Source: an uncultured Candidatus Saccharibacteria bacterium (GTDB taxonomy: Bacteria; Patescibacteriota; Saccharimonadia; Saccharimonadales; CAZVRA01). Taken from it: 64,000 bases of DNA. The translations under genes and the position numbers were made by a program. This document shows, piece after piece, positions 1 to 9,430 of this stretch. How positions within the stretch are numbered: position 1 is the stretch's first letter; each line of letters starts with the position of its first letter. The stretch covers positions 27,569 to 91,568 of the forward strand of contig CAZVRA010000001.1 in the NCBI GenBank assembly GCA_964630055.1. Reading direction: 5' to 3'. A model generated the notes under the pieces. It had not been told where the DNA came from, ran no database searches, and was given only the letters and a program-made list of their open reading frames with translations.

Positions 1-472
1 ATTTGGGGTTGTCGACTTAATGCGCAGCGCGCTTTATAACGGCAATCATGTCTACTGGCCAGCGATGATCATTGTGCTGGCTAGTGCCATTATGCAGTAC
101 TTCCAGGCCAAGCAGCTGGCTCCCGACGATGGCCAAAAGCGCGGGCTCAAGACTATACTGCGCGACGCCGGCAAGGGTCAGCAAGCCGATCAAACCGAGA
201 TCAACGCCGCTGTGGGTCGCAGTACTCGCTTTATGCTGCCAATATTTATTTTTATGGTGACTGTACGGATCGCCTCGGCCCTATCCTTGTACTGGCTAAT
301 TAGCGGCTTGGTAGCTTACTGGCAGCAGGCTAGAGTGTTGGCTCAGGACAAGACCGAAATGACCACCGCCGTAGACACGGTAACTAAAAATACAATCGAA
401 GCCGAAATTTTGCCTCCTAAAAAAACCAAACCAAACAAAAATAAAAAGCGCAATAAAAAACAAAGGAGGTGA
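1..472 (+). CDS. yidC: YidC/Oxa1-family membrane insertase, C-terminal part (5' end outside window)
   Basis: The frame is open from position 2 with no stop before the listed Met at 20. Hydrophobic ...LSLYWLISGLVAYWQQ is followed by a strongly basic tail (KKTKPNKNKKRNKKQRR), as in Gram-positive-type YidC. It is followed directly by jag, the conserved yidC-jag arrangement. Confidence 0.75.
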   Translation, partial: FGVVDLMRSALYNGNHVYWPAMIIVLASAIMQYFQAKQLAPDDGQKRGLKTILRDAGKGQQADQTEINAAVGRSTRFMLPIFIFMVTVRIASALSLYWLISGLVAYWQQARVLAQDKTEMTTAVDTVTKNTIEAEILPPKKTKPNKNKKRNKKQRR

Positions 473-474
473 CC

Positions 475-981
475 ATGGAAGAATCAATCTTGTATGCCAA
501 AAAATACATCGAGGACTTGCTGTCATTTTTTGGGCTCAACATAGAGGTCTACGCTACGAGCAGCGATGACGAAGTCATAGAAATCCACGTACCATCGACA
601 GCCTTAAACGGTTTTTTGATTGGACACAACGGCGAAACCATGCACGCTTTACAATATATGGTTTGTGCGGCTCTTAGGAATAACAACCATGAGGTTACAC
701 GCGTTAGCGTTGATATAGCCGATTATAAAAAGGGCCGAGCCGAGCGTTTGGGTGACAAGGCTAAACCATGGCTAGAAGAAGTAAAGAAAACCGGACAGCC
801 CAAGCATCTGCCGCCCATGAATGCTGCCGATAGGCGAACAATACATAAGTTGGCTGATGAATATGGCCTAACCACCGAATCTGAGGGCGAGGGTCGTGAT
901 CGGCACATTGTTTTGCGCCTGGAAAACGCCGAGCCAGCCAAGGCCGATGAGCCCCAAGATCCTCAAAAGCAGGACGATTAA
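475..981 (+). CDS. jag: Jag/KhpB RNA-binding protein (KH + R3H domains)
   Basis: The C-terminal MNAADRRTIHKLADEYGLTTESEGEGRDRHIVL matches the R3H signature. SD AAAGGAGG (462-469) lies 5 nt before ATG 475. The track start at 469 is a GTG inside the SD. Confidence 0.8.
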   Translation: MEESILYAKKYIEDLLSFFGLNIEVYATSSDDEVIEIHVPSTALNGFLIGHNGETMHALQYMVCAALRNNNHEVTRVSVDIADYKKGRAERLGDKAKPWLEEVKKTGQPKHLPPMNAADRRTIHKLADEYGLTTESEGEGRDRHIVLRLENAEPAKADEPQDPQKQDD

Positions 982-996
982 AAGTTAGCCGGCTGC

Positions 997-3639
997 TTAT
1001 TCGGCAACCCGATACTGCCTTGGCAAATAGTGGCTATAGTTGCTGGTTTTCCAGCAGGTCGCTCTTGAAGTGCAAACGGCTGGGTCATGTTCGGCATAAG
1101 CACTAAAAGCTTGGTCTTTGGCGGCTAAATCCGCGCCCTCTACATTGGGTGGGCTTAACATAGCGCTGTAATCTTGATAGAAGGCTATGGTCGGCACGGT
1201 TGCTCTGGCCGGCAAGGCCTTTTTGTATGCCTCAAAAGCAGTTTGAGCTATTCTTCCGGTAGCTATGTGGTCGCTGTGCTCAAACATGCCGTATGGGCCG
1301 TGGGCTGTCGATTGAGTCCGAATTTCGCTGGGTTCAAATAATTCAAATAATTCTTTTAGGCTGCTAACTAGCTGGTCCTTGCTGACGGTTGATTGTTTAT
1401 CGACGGTGGTTACTGTTGGTACTGCGCCCCTGTTAAGTTTACTAATACTGGCAAAATGACTCTTTTTGAAGCCTTCGCCCCTAGGGTTGCCGTCTGGCAT
1501 GCGAACGAAAATCAAGCTGACAGTTGGGTTGTTGTCGGGGTTGGTTAGATTGACAAACAGGCCGCTTTCGAGCTTGACGGTGTTTTCGTCCCAGTGCTGT
1601 TTTGGCTTGCCCATCATGGCGTTATATGCGCTCTGCGATCCTTTTTCGCGTCCCAGCCAGTAGAAAGCATCGGCACCGCTATCGCCAGCAGTTATATAAA
1701 TGGTGGTTATACATTTATGCGAATTTAGGCTATGCAACAGGTCTGGACTCATAAATAAAAGGTCATCATCTTGGTGGGCAACCACCTGGACTAGTGAGTT
1801 ATTGGCACATGATCGCTCCTCCAAATCCGAGCTCTTTTTGGGCAGTATAGCATCCTCAGTATTATTGGGTTTTAACACTACTCCTTCCGGCAGAGCGTGC
1901 ATGCCATCGGCGTAAAAAAGCAACATCTCTTTTGGCTTATCTAATGTGCCAGAAACCAAGACGTTAGAGTCGGGTTGACCAAAATGCTTCTGAATTGTAT
2001 CTAGGCTGCATTTTGGAAAATCAGTTAGCCCTTTTTCTAGACTGACTAAATAAGCAAAACTAGTTTTGCTTAGGTCAGGTTGCCAGGCGCCAGAATTGAG
2101 CACCCCTCTGGGGTTGGTGCAGTCGCTCAAGGGCACAATTTGTAGCTCGGGGTTGATATGCTTGGTTGGCACAACTCGCCAATAGTCACCAACTAAAGTC
2201 TTGTAATCGCGTTGTTTCATAATGCTAGCAATAGCCGCATTGCGCGCATTTATATCTGTCAGGGCTTGGTTTTGAGCCCAGGCTATTTGCCGTGCTCCCC
2301 AGATACTAAAAGGCATACTGACAGCCAAAACTAAACAAGCAAATTTTATGTACTGATCATTAAATACGACTTTGCTTTTGTTGCGTAGTTGCGTGGAAGC
2401 TAGAACAAACAAAGTAAAAAGCGCAATTGTTAAATAACGAGCATCGACCGGATGATAATGGTCGGTCAATACAAAACTCCCCAGCCCAGCTACAGACGAA
2501 AAAACTAGCATTTTTGTTAGTAGTACGGGTCGATCTGAATGGGGTAATCGGCGTTTGGATTTCTTGGTAGTTTGGGAATCCTGACGCCAAAATTCTTGTT
2601 GCAAAAACTTCCAAGCTGCGTAAACCAATGCCACCAGCAACCCAATATTTATTAGTAATCCTGGGCCAGCTGCCGATTTGAGATGGCCAAAGGCTAATGA
2701 TGGCATGGATTTGAATGTCAGGGCATCGAACGCTGGATTTGCGCCAAAATTAGTCGCCAAACCAGTGATGCCAAAAAATGTTCCCAAGACCAAGCTGCGC
2801 AACGATTTGATGAAAGAGTAGGGAGTTTGGCTCATAACAATATTGGTTATATGCAAAGCATTAATCAGCCGTAAAATAACTTCGGATCCCAACCATGCCA
2901 GCACAGTGATGATGAACCAGCGCATAGCTAAGTTTTTATTTTTAGGATCACCAATTTTTGTCTTACTCGGCAAGAAACCAATTATTAGGGCTATAACTGA
3001 CCCGCCCAGCGAAAGACCCAAAAACAACTTGTCGCTAGCTAGCAAAATTGCTAGTAGTAAAGTTGTGGCTACCGGCCAAAAACTACGCAAACTTGTAGAT
3101 TTAATTACTCCATACACAATTGCTATATAAAGAATATATTCCAAATTACGAGTGGTTAGCATTGCCATGTTGACCGGTAAAATGCCGCCGCTATAGGGTG
3201 CGGGCGGTGTTAATAAAAGCATACTAGCCAAGCCCAGGTACAGGGCGGTCAAAACAAATGGCCGTCGGTTAATTCGATAAAGCAAATATGCAAAGCTAGC
3301 CACAGTAAGGCAGCAAACAATGGTTGTAACAATTTTGTAATGAACGGCTTTTAGGCCAAGCCCCGCTACCAGCCACAATAGGGGTAGTTTAAATAAAAAC
3401 GTATGCTGCCCAGGCCAAGAGGCTTGTTTAAAAGTGTTGGCCGATTCCAGCAAACGGCTATTTATTAGCTGGTCGGCGTTGGTAGAGTGCACACCGGCCC
3501 CCCACCAGGACTGCAGCGCAGTCGCAATAAGCAACAATAAGCCAGCTAAAAGCGGTAACCACTGCCAGTTGGCTAGGATATTATTCGCACTTTTAGGTTT
3601 GGTTTTAGATTTAGTTTTTTTATTTAACTTTTTGGTCAT
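997..3639 (-). CDS. Fusion protein: N-terminal multi-TM GT-C-like (ArnT/PMT-like) glycosyltransferase plus C-terminal PIG-L/LmbE-family de-N-acetylase domain
   Basis: The N-terminal two thirds contain more than 10 predicted TM helices. The C-terminal ~270 aa (about nt 997-1800) carry VVAHQDDD, ITAGDSG and HSDHIATG, which match the PIG-L/LmbE AHPDDE...HxDH zinc-deacetylase pattern. I chose the start at MTKKLNKK (3639) because the ORF-track start at 3738 would overlap the upstream gene by 83 nt. Confidence 0.65.
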   Translation of the reverse strand: MTKKLNKKTKSKTKPKSANNILANWQWLPLLAGLLLLIATALQSWWGAGVHSTNADQLINSRLLESANTFKQASWPGQHTFLFKLPLLWLVAGLGLKAVHYKIVTTIVCCLTVASFAYLLYRINRRPFVLTALYLGLASMLLLTPPAPYSGGILPVNMAMLTTRNLEYILYIAIVYGVIKSTSLRSFWPVATTLLLAILLASDKLFLGLSLGGSVIALIIGFLPSKTKIGDPKNKNLAMRWFIITVLAWLGSEVILRLINALHITNIVMSQTPYSFIKSLRSLVLGTFFGITGLATNFGANPAFDALTFKSMPSLAFGHLKSAAGPGLLINIGLLVALVYAAWKFLQQEFWRQDSQTTKKSKRRLPHSDRPVLLTKMLVFSSVAGLGSFVLTDHYHPVDARYLTIALFTLFVLASTQLRNKSKVVFNDQYIKFACLVLAVSMPFSIWGARQIAWAQNQALTDINARNAAIASIMKQRDYKTLVGDYWRVVPTKHINPELQIVPLSDCTNPRGVLNSGAWQPDLSKTSFAYLVSLEKGLTDFPKCSLDTIQKHFGQPDSNVLVSGTLDKPKEMLLFYADGMHALPEGVVLKPNNTEDAILPKKSSDLEERSCANNSLVQVVAHQDDDLLFMSPDLLHSLNSHKCITTIYITAGDSGADAFYWLGREKGSQSAYNAMMGKPKQHWDENTVKLESGLFVNLTNPDNNPTVSLIFVRMPDGNPRGEGFKKSHFASISKLNRGAVPTVTTVDKQSTVSKDQLVSSLKELFELFEPSEIRTQSTAHGPYGMFEHSDHIATGRIAQTAFEAYKKALPARATVPTIAFYQDYSAMLSPPNVEGADLAAKDQAFSAYAEHDPAVCTSRATCWKTSNYSHYLPRQYRVAE

Positions 3640-3655
3640 AAATTTATGATAAAGG

Positions 3656-4585
3656 TTAATACTCTTTTTCGACAATAAATAAAGGTCGGTTTTTGCTCTG
3701 ATTATGGACATGCGATAAATAGAGCGACAAAATTCCAATCGACACTAGCACAATCCCCACCAGAAAGATAATTAGTATGCCGAGCATAGCTGTGCCGGTA
3801 AAACGCCAGTGCAGTGGGTCGCCCATAAGAATTTGCTCGATCAGCACGCTCAAGCCAAGCAACAGGCTCAGCGGGGTGATAATAAGCCCCATAATACCAG
3901 GGAAATACAGTGGTTGCGGCGACAATGACACGATACTGTTACTAGCCAGCCTAAGTAGCTGTGGGCCGCTGTAGCTAGCTTGTCCAGCGTGTCGCTCTTG
4001 GGCTGTAAATTCGACATAATCACGCTCAAAACCCAGCCAGTCAATTAGGCCGCGAGTAATTCGGTCGGATTCCGATAGGCGCAAAAAAGCTTTCTGCACT
4101 TGTTTGTCGATTAGCCTAAAATCGGTAGAGCCGGGGGTCATTTGGTCGTTGCCGACCAGATTGAACAGTTTGTAAAAAAGCCGCGAGCCAGCTCGGCGGA
4201 CAAGCGTTTCGCTGGCGGTGTCTTGCCGCACGCCAACAACCACTTTTGCGCCACCGCGCCATTTGCTAATAAATTCCGGAATTAATTTTGGCGGATGTTG
4301 GCCGTCGGCATCGATGGTTAGGATGGCGTCACCAGTGGCTTGGGCAATGCCGGCGGTAAGCGCCGCTTCCTTGCCAAAATTGCGCGACAAGCGAATAACG
4401 TGCACCGCCGGGTCATTTTGGGCAATGTGGCGCAGCACATTGGGGGTGTCGTCTTGGCTGCCGTCGTCGCAAAAGATTATTTCGTACTTAGCCGGCAAGT
4501 TTTTGAGCAGCGTTTCGTAAAAATGCTTAAGACCGCCAGCTTCGTTATAAACTGGCACCACAACCGATAACATGAGTTGCTTCAC
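3656..4585 (-). CDS. GT2 polyprenyl-phosphate glycosyltransferase (GtrB/ArnC/Ppm1-like) with C-terminal TM helices
   Basis: LSVVVPVYNE, FCDDGSQDDT and IDADGQHPP are GT-A/GT2 motifs. Two C-terminal TM helices are typical of the lipid-phosphate-sugar synthase subgroup. Confidence 0.8.
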   Translation of the reverse strand: MKQLMLSVVVPVYNEAGGLKHFYETLLKNLPAKYEIIFCDDGSQDDTPNVLRHIAQNDPAVHVIRLSRNFGKEAALTAGIAQATGDAILTIDADGQHPPKLIPEFISKWRGGAKVVVGVRQDTASETLVRRAGSRLFYKLFNLVGNDQMTPGSTDFRLIDKQVQKAFLRLSESDRITRGLIDWLGFERDYVEFTAQERHAGQASYSGPQLLRLASNSIVSLSPQPLYFPGIMGLIITPLSLLLGLSVLIEQILMGDPLHWRFTGTAMLGILIIFLVGIVLVSIGILSLYLSHVHNQSKNRPLFIVEKEY

Positions 4586-4618
4586 CGCCGTATTATAACA
4601 CCGATAGAGCCGTTGTTA

Positions 4619-5713
4619 TCAAAAACCACCCAAAGCTGACTCGTAAATCTTTTTTGTTTGCTCGGCCATGGTGCGCCAGGAGTATTTTTTAACCTGTTTG
4701 TAACCTTCGTCGACTAACTTTTGCCTTGTTTTGGGGCTGTTTAACACTTTCTGAATCGCCGCGGCCATTTCTTCGATATTTTCCGGGTCAAAATACAGCG
4801 CCGCATCGCCATAAACCTCGGGCAGGCAGGTAGCATTGCTGCTTACCACCGGTGCGCCGTAGGTCATGGCTTCTAGCCCCGGCAACCCAAAACCTTCGCT
4901 AAGGCTAGGGAAGACGTAGGCCGAGCAGTTTTGATAAAGCCAAACCAGCTCCTCGTCGGGAATAAAGCCGGTGAATACCACATTTTCGATTTTTTTTCTT
5001 TTGGCATATCTTTTTAAGATTTTATAATTTCTATCTGTTTTACCAGCTAAAACAAGTTTAACATCTGGTTGGGATTGTCTAAGGCTATCAAAAGCTTGCA
5101 TAAGTCGCCTAATATTTTTGTGGGGGTTTGGCCGTCCAACATAAAGCACAAATCTTTGGTACTTTAGCTTTTCGAATTCCTTGGCGGGCTTATCGATTTT
5201 GTCGGCTGATTCTGGCGTGACCGTAATCTTGCGGCTGTTTATCCTGGCGTACTTGGCTACGTCTTCCTTAACATAGTTAGTGGGCGTAATTATATGTTTG
5301 GACTTTCTGGCAACAATTATTACTAGCTTGCTATAAACAAATCTCTTTATATTAAAGACTAGCTTATTCTTGGCTGGATTACCAAATCTGAGGGTTGTTA
5401 AGTCGTGGATTGTCGTGATGGTTGGACCTAAATACAATAATGGCTGTTGGGCGAACGTAAAGTGAACCAAATTTGGTTTTAGTGAATAGACTTGTTTTAG
5501 TAAGCCCATTTGCTCGGCGAACGTGAACTCCTTATGAGGACAGGCAACTTTATTAAAACGCTTGTTTGATGGCTTCCAGTCATCCAAATCTTTTGGCTTT
5601 AAAAGTATAAAATAATCATTTTTTGTATCTATCTTTTGTAAATACTCAAGCAACTTGTTGACGTACTTGCCGCTACTTGTTCTTAGCTCCCTTGCATCAA
5701 TGACTATTCGCAT
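4619..5713 (-). CDS. GT4-family (GT-B) glycosyltransferase
   Basis: C-terminal SEGFGLPGLEAMTYGAPVVSSNATCLPEV matches the EX7E-type GT4 motif. Confidence 0.8.
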   Translation of the reverse strand: MRIVIDARELRTSSGKYVNKLLEYLQKIDTKNDYFILLKPKDLDDWKPSNKRFNKVACPHKEFTFAEQMGLLKQVYSLKPNLVHFTFAQQPLLYLGPTITTIHDLTTLRFGNPAKNKLVFNIKRFVYSKLVIIVARKSKHIITPTNYVKEDVAKYARINSRKITVTPESADKIDKPAKEFEKLKYQRFVLYVGRPNPHKNIRRLMQAFDSLRQSQPDVKLVLAGKTDRNYKILKRYAKRKKIENVVFTGFIPDEELVWLYQNCSAYVFPSLSEGFGLPGLEAMTYGAPVVSSNATCLPEVYGDAALYFDPENIEEMAAAIQKVLNSPKTRQKLVDEGYKQVKKYSWRTMAEQTKKIYESALGGF

Positions 5714-5728
5714 AATTGAAGCATAGTA

Positions 5729-7072
5729 TTAATTTGCCGGTTTAGCAACAGCCGAGCTTTTTTGTCTGGCCATAAACAGGCCCGCCAGGATCCACCATGT
5801 TAGTGATATACCATCGTCCGACCATGTATGCAGCAGTAAATTAGTTACACTAATGCCTAATAACGCCAAAGCCAATCCTTTAGAACTATGGCTTCCCGAC
5901 CATAGTACAAAGAAAATAATTGCTTGCAAGTAAATGAAAATGACTATACCAACCACGCCCACTTCTTGGCCTACTTGCAAGAAATAATTTTCGGCAATTC
6001 GTGTTTGGCTTGACCCGTTTAGGGCCGATGCTGGCCCAGCTTCGCCTACTCCACGACCGAGCGGATGAGCCATAACATCTTCAGCGGCAGCGACTGTAAG
6101 TTTTGCGTGCGAGCTGTTGGAAGTGCTTGTATTGGCATTGCTGTCGTTATGCATAAAAAAGGCAATTATTGTACTAGAAAATATTGTGCCTATCACAATA
6201 ATAAGTGCGACAGCTATTGAGACTAAACTATAAATTAAACGATTCCTTTTCCAGTGCCTTTGTACAAAAATAAAAAAACAGACGGCAATTATTAAGCAGG
6301 CTGCAATAATTGCGCTGCGTGAATAGGACACCAATATGCCCAATAATAAAACACTAATCATGGCTAAGCTCTTGATTAGCTCCTTGCTTTTAGTTCCTCG
6401 TCTCATGAACTGGGCTGTAATGAGCGATAAGCTAATGAGCAGGTAGGCTCCAAACACATTGGGTCCCCTTGATGTTCCCTGGGCTCTGATTAGCTGATGA
6501 CCGTCTATATTAACGTAATGCACAGAGGGTGGTATGCCTGCGGTTTGTCTATAGACTGGGTCGTAACCCATATGGGTTAATATGTTGGCTGGCAATACTA
6601 GGGCCTGTAAGATACCTAGTATTGCCAAAACCACACCCGTATAAGCCACAGCCTTTAATAAAAAAGCACTATCCTTAAGCGGTATTCGCCGTCCAAGCAT
6701 TTTGGCCATTAAATAAGCTGCCAAAAAATTAGCCCCAAGTACGTATCCTACGACATTATTGGTTCGCATCTTGGTGACTAGTAGGCTAATTGTATATACT
6801 AATAATAGTATAATTGCCAGGATAAAATCATTACTTTTAAGGTGTGTAATAAAGTCTTTCTTGGTATGCCTACCAGAAAGCAACTGACAACCAAATACCA
6901 CCAACAATAGTATTTGCTTCCATCCACTTATTAGTATCGGGTTAATTAATGGGTAGGTCAGGGTAGTTATAGGAGTAGTCAGTGGGGTTAGAATCAGTGT
7001 TACTAGCAGAAACCGAGCAACCCAACTTAGTTCCGACCAGGATGCTCTATATTTTTGTAACCTTTGTCTCAT
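5729..7072 (-). CDS. O-antigen ligase/polymerase-like (Wzy_C family) polytopic membrane protein
   Basis: About 11 TM helices. A central SYSRSAIIAACLI region is followed by a periplasmic-type loop, as in the WaaL/Wzy family. It is embedded among glycosyltransferases. Confidence 0.6.
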   Translation of the reverse strand: MRQRLQKYRASWSELSWVARFLLVTLILTPLTTPITTLTYPLINPILISGWKQILLLVVFGCQLLSGRHTKKDFITHLKSNDFILAIILLLVYTISLLVTKMRTNNVVGYVLGANFLAAYLMAKMLGRRIPLKDSAFLLKAVAYTGVVLAILGILQALVLPANILTHMGYDPVYRQTAGIPPSVHYVNIDGHQLIRAQGTSRGPNVFGAYLLISLSLITAQFMRRGTKSKELIKSLAMISVLLLGILVSYSRSAIIAACLIIAVCFFIFVQRHWKRNRLIYSLVSIAVALIIVIGTIFSSTIIAFFMHNDSNANTSTSNSSHAKLTVAAAEDVMAHPLGRGVGEAGPASALNGSSQTRIAENYFLQVGQEVGVVGIVIFIYLQAIIFFVLWSGSHSSKGLALALLGISVTNLLLHTWSDDGISLTWWILAGLFMARQKSSAVAKPAN

Positions 7073-7127
7073 ATAACAAAGTATACATAAAACATGCCAG
7101 TAGTTACCATTAGTTTGCTGCCATGTA

Positions 7128-8261
7128 TTAACGAGTTAGTTTTAATAATATTGAGTATAGCTGATCGGCATTCTTGTCCCAGCTGTATTGGTCTAGGACT
7201 TTTTTATAACCTATTTTTTTATTCGACTTCAATATGTCTAATAGTTTATTGGTTATATCTGCTACGTCGTCTTTATCAAAGTATGTTATTGCATTTTGGC
7301 CAACCTCCTTAATAACGGGAATGTTGCTGGCAGCTATTGGCGTGCCGTAGCTCATTACTTCGAGTATAGGCATACCAAACCCTTCGTAATGAGTCGGGAA
7401 CACAAATGCTGCGGCATTTGTGTATAAAAAATTACGTTGTTGTTCGGAAACATAGCCAGTCATGACTATTTTATAACCTTCTTGCTGCAATTTTTTTATG
7501 CGCTGCATCGTCTTGTCTATCAGCCAGCCTGTAGCGCCTGCCAGGACTAGACAATAATTATTGCGTATAAATTCTGGAAGCATAGTGTAGGCTTCAACTA
7601 GGTTAATAATATTCTTGCGCGGTTCTAACGTGCCAACAGTTAGAATGAATTTACCCTTTATGCCCGTCACGGGTTTTTGTGTGCTCGTGTTTTCTTTTGG
7701 GGGTATACCTATAACCACAATTTTACTTGCATTAATATTGTAATTATGAATAATCCGTTGTTTGCTAAATTCCGAAATGGTTATTACTGCATCGGCATTT
7801 TTTATGGATTTGGGCACAAATTTTGCCAGAAACATCTGGTTCTTTGGGGCGACATATTTTGGTACATCAACAAAGCACAGGTCGTATATGGCAACCATTT
7901 TGGGTATTTTTGTTAAACTTGGCCAACTTACAAAATTAGTAAAAATGACCACATCACCAGTCTGCTTAAACAAAAACTCTAAGGGTATTTGCAAGCCAAT
8001 TCGGCGCAATAGCGATAAAACTTTACCTGGTAGTAATCTAGATCTGACGTATCTGATATTTTTGCCGCTTGGTAGCTCGAGTTGGTCTTTTTTGCCTAGG
8101 AAACTAAAATAGTGACCAACAAGCTCTAGTCTATCTGGATATTTATTAGCCAGGGACTGTACCATGTGTTCTGTGAAATAGCCAACACCAGACTTAGGAC
8201 CGTTTACGAGAGGACTGGCATCAAATAGTATTTTTAATTTTTGCTCCGGGCTATTTTTCAT
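7128..8261 (-). CDS. GT4-family glycosyltransferase
   Basis: HYEGFGMPILEVMSYGTPIAASNIPVIKEV motif. Confidence 0.8.
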   Translation of the reverse strand: MKNSPEQKLKILFDASPLVNGPKSGVGYFTEHMVQSLANKYPDRLELVGHYFSFLGKKDQLELPSGKNIRYVRSRLLPGKVLSLLRRIGLQIPLEFLFKQTGDVVIFTNFVSWPSLTKIPKMVAIYDLCFVDVPKYVAPKNQMFLAKFVPKSIKNADAVITISEFSKQRIIHNYNINASKIVVIGIPPKENTSTQKPVTGIKGKFILTVGTLEPRKNIINLVEAYTMLPEFIRNNYCLVLAGATGWLIDKTMQRIKKLQQEGYKIVMTGYVSEQQRNFLYTNAAAFVFPTHYEGFGMPILEVMSYGTPIAASNIPVIKEVGQNAITYFDKDDVADITNKLLDILKSNKKIGYKKVLDQYSWDKNADQLYSILLKLTR

Positions 8262-9378
8262 AAAGCGGCATAAACCTTTTCTTGATTATATCTTCCAGCA
8301 CAAAGTTTTCTAAATATATTGTGCGGCCAAGCTGGCCCATTTTTTGTCGCATAGTTTTGTCGACGTAGAGTTTGGACATAGCCGCCTTCAGAGCCGAGCT
8401 GTTTTTTGGCGGGACTAGCAGACCGTTATGACTATCTTTTATTATCTCTGGGTTGCCACCCACATCACAGGCAATTATGGGCAGGCCCATTTTGCATGCC
8501 TCAATTAGGGCCAAGCTAAAACCTTCATGATAGCTAGGATGAACGAATATATCTCCGGCTGCAGCAAGCGGTAATGCATTGTCTGGGAATCCAAAAAAAA
8601 CAATATTTTTATTGTTTTCGGCCATTTTAATAAACTTGTTTTTGTCTGGGCCTTCGCCTAAAAGCCATAGTTTTGCATTGGGCTTGTTTAGGCGGCTAAA
8701 AGCGTCTATGAGCTCAGCAACGCCTTTTGTATCCACAAGGCGGGATAGGGCAACAAAAATAATGGAATTTTTGTCATCTTTTGGTCGGGACGTGGGCTTA
8801 ATATTTGGGCTAGGCACACCATTATGTATGACCTGATAGTTGTGCGGCAAATTACCAAGCTGCTGTTTTATTAGTAATTCCTCGCTGTAGCTCACTAAAG
8901 TAATGGCATACGCTAGCTTACTGAGCCAAAAAACCACTTTGCCGATAGGGTTCTTATACCAAAGTGAATGATTCTGGTATATATACTTAAGATCGGCATG
9001 ATCGGTCCAGATTATTTTTTTGCCTAATAATTTACCAGCAATGGTTGCTGCAATAAAGTCATCTTTGCTCTGTGGATGGACTATGTCAAATTTATGATGG
9101 ATTATCAGGGACAAATACCAGGCCGTTAAAACTGTCTGCCATAGAATATAAAGTGGTAACAGTAGTATATTGTTACTGCTCCAATCTTGTCTCGACCACC
9201 ACAAGCCCTTTTGATTTTTGACCTTATATTGTGTAGCTAAGGCGAGCAATTGTGGCGATCTAGAAACCACAGTAGCTTCTAGACCATTTTTGTTTAGTAT
9301 CTTGGCCAGTTCAAGAGGAAATCTCTCTCCGCCTCCAAAATCATACTCATAGGCATTGCGGATTATTAGCACCTTCAT
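8251..9378 (-). CDS. GT4-family glycosyltransferase
   Basis: YHEGFSLALIEACKMGLPIIACDVGGNPEII motif. I chose the start at MKVLIIRNAY (ATG 9378). The track start at 9399 is a TTG. Confidence 0.8.
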   Translation of the reverse strand: MKVLIIRNAYEYDFGGGERFPLELAKILNKNGLEATVVSRSPQLLALATQYKVKNQKGLWWSRQDWSSNNILLLPLYILWQTVLTAWYLSLIIHHKFDIVHPQSKDDFIAATIAGKLLGKKIIWTDHADLKYIYQNHSLWYKNPIGKVVFWLSKLAYAITLVSYSEELLIKQQLGNLPHNYQVIHNGVPSPNIKPTSRPKDDKNSIIFVALSRLVDTKGVAELIDAFSRLNKPNAKLWLLGEGPDKNKFIKMAENNKNIVFFGFPDNALPLAAAGDIFVHPSYHEGFSLALIEACKMGLPIIACDVGGNPEIIKDSHNGLLVPPKNSSALKAAMSKLYVDKTMRQKMGQLGRTIYLENFVLEDIIKKRFMPLYEK

Positions 9379-9385
9379 ATATATA

Positions 9386-9394
9386 AGCATATCA
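9386..9394 (-). promoter_or_regulatory. Extended -10 box (TGaTATGCT), 7 nt upstream of ATG 9378; leaderless-type promoter
   Basis: The minus strand reads TGATATGCT-tatatat-ATG. There is no SD between the box and the start. Confidence 0.4.
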
Positions 9395-9413
9395 TGCAAC
9401 TATCGTTGTATGC

Positions 9414-9422
9414 TGTTATAAT
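9414..9422 (+). promoter_or_regulatory. Extended -10 box (TGtTATAAT), 8 nt upstream of ATG 9431; leaderless-type promoter
   Basis: Reads gcTGtTATAAT-aacgtttg-ATG. No SD. Confidence 0.5.
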
Positions 9423-9430
9423 AACGTTTG

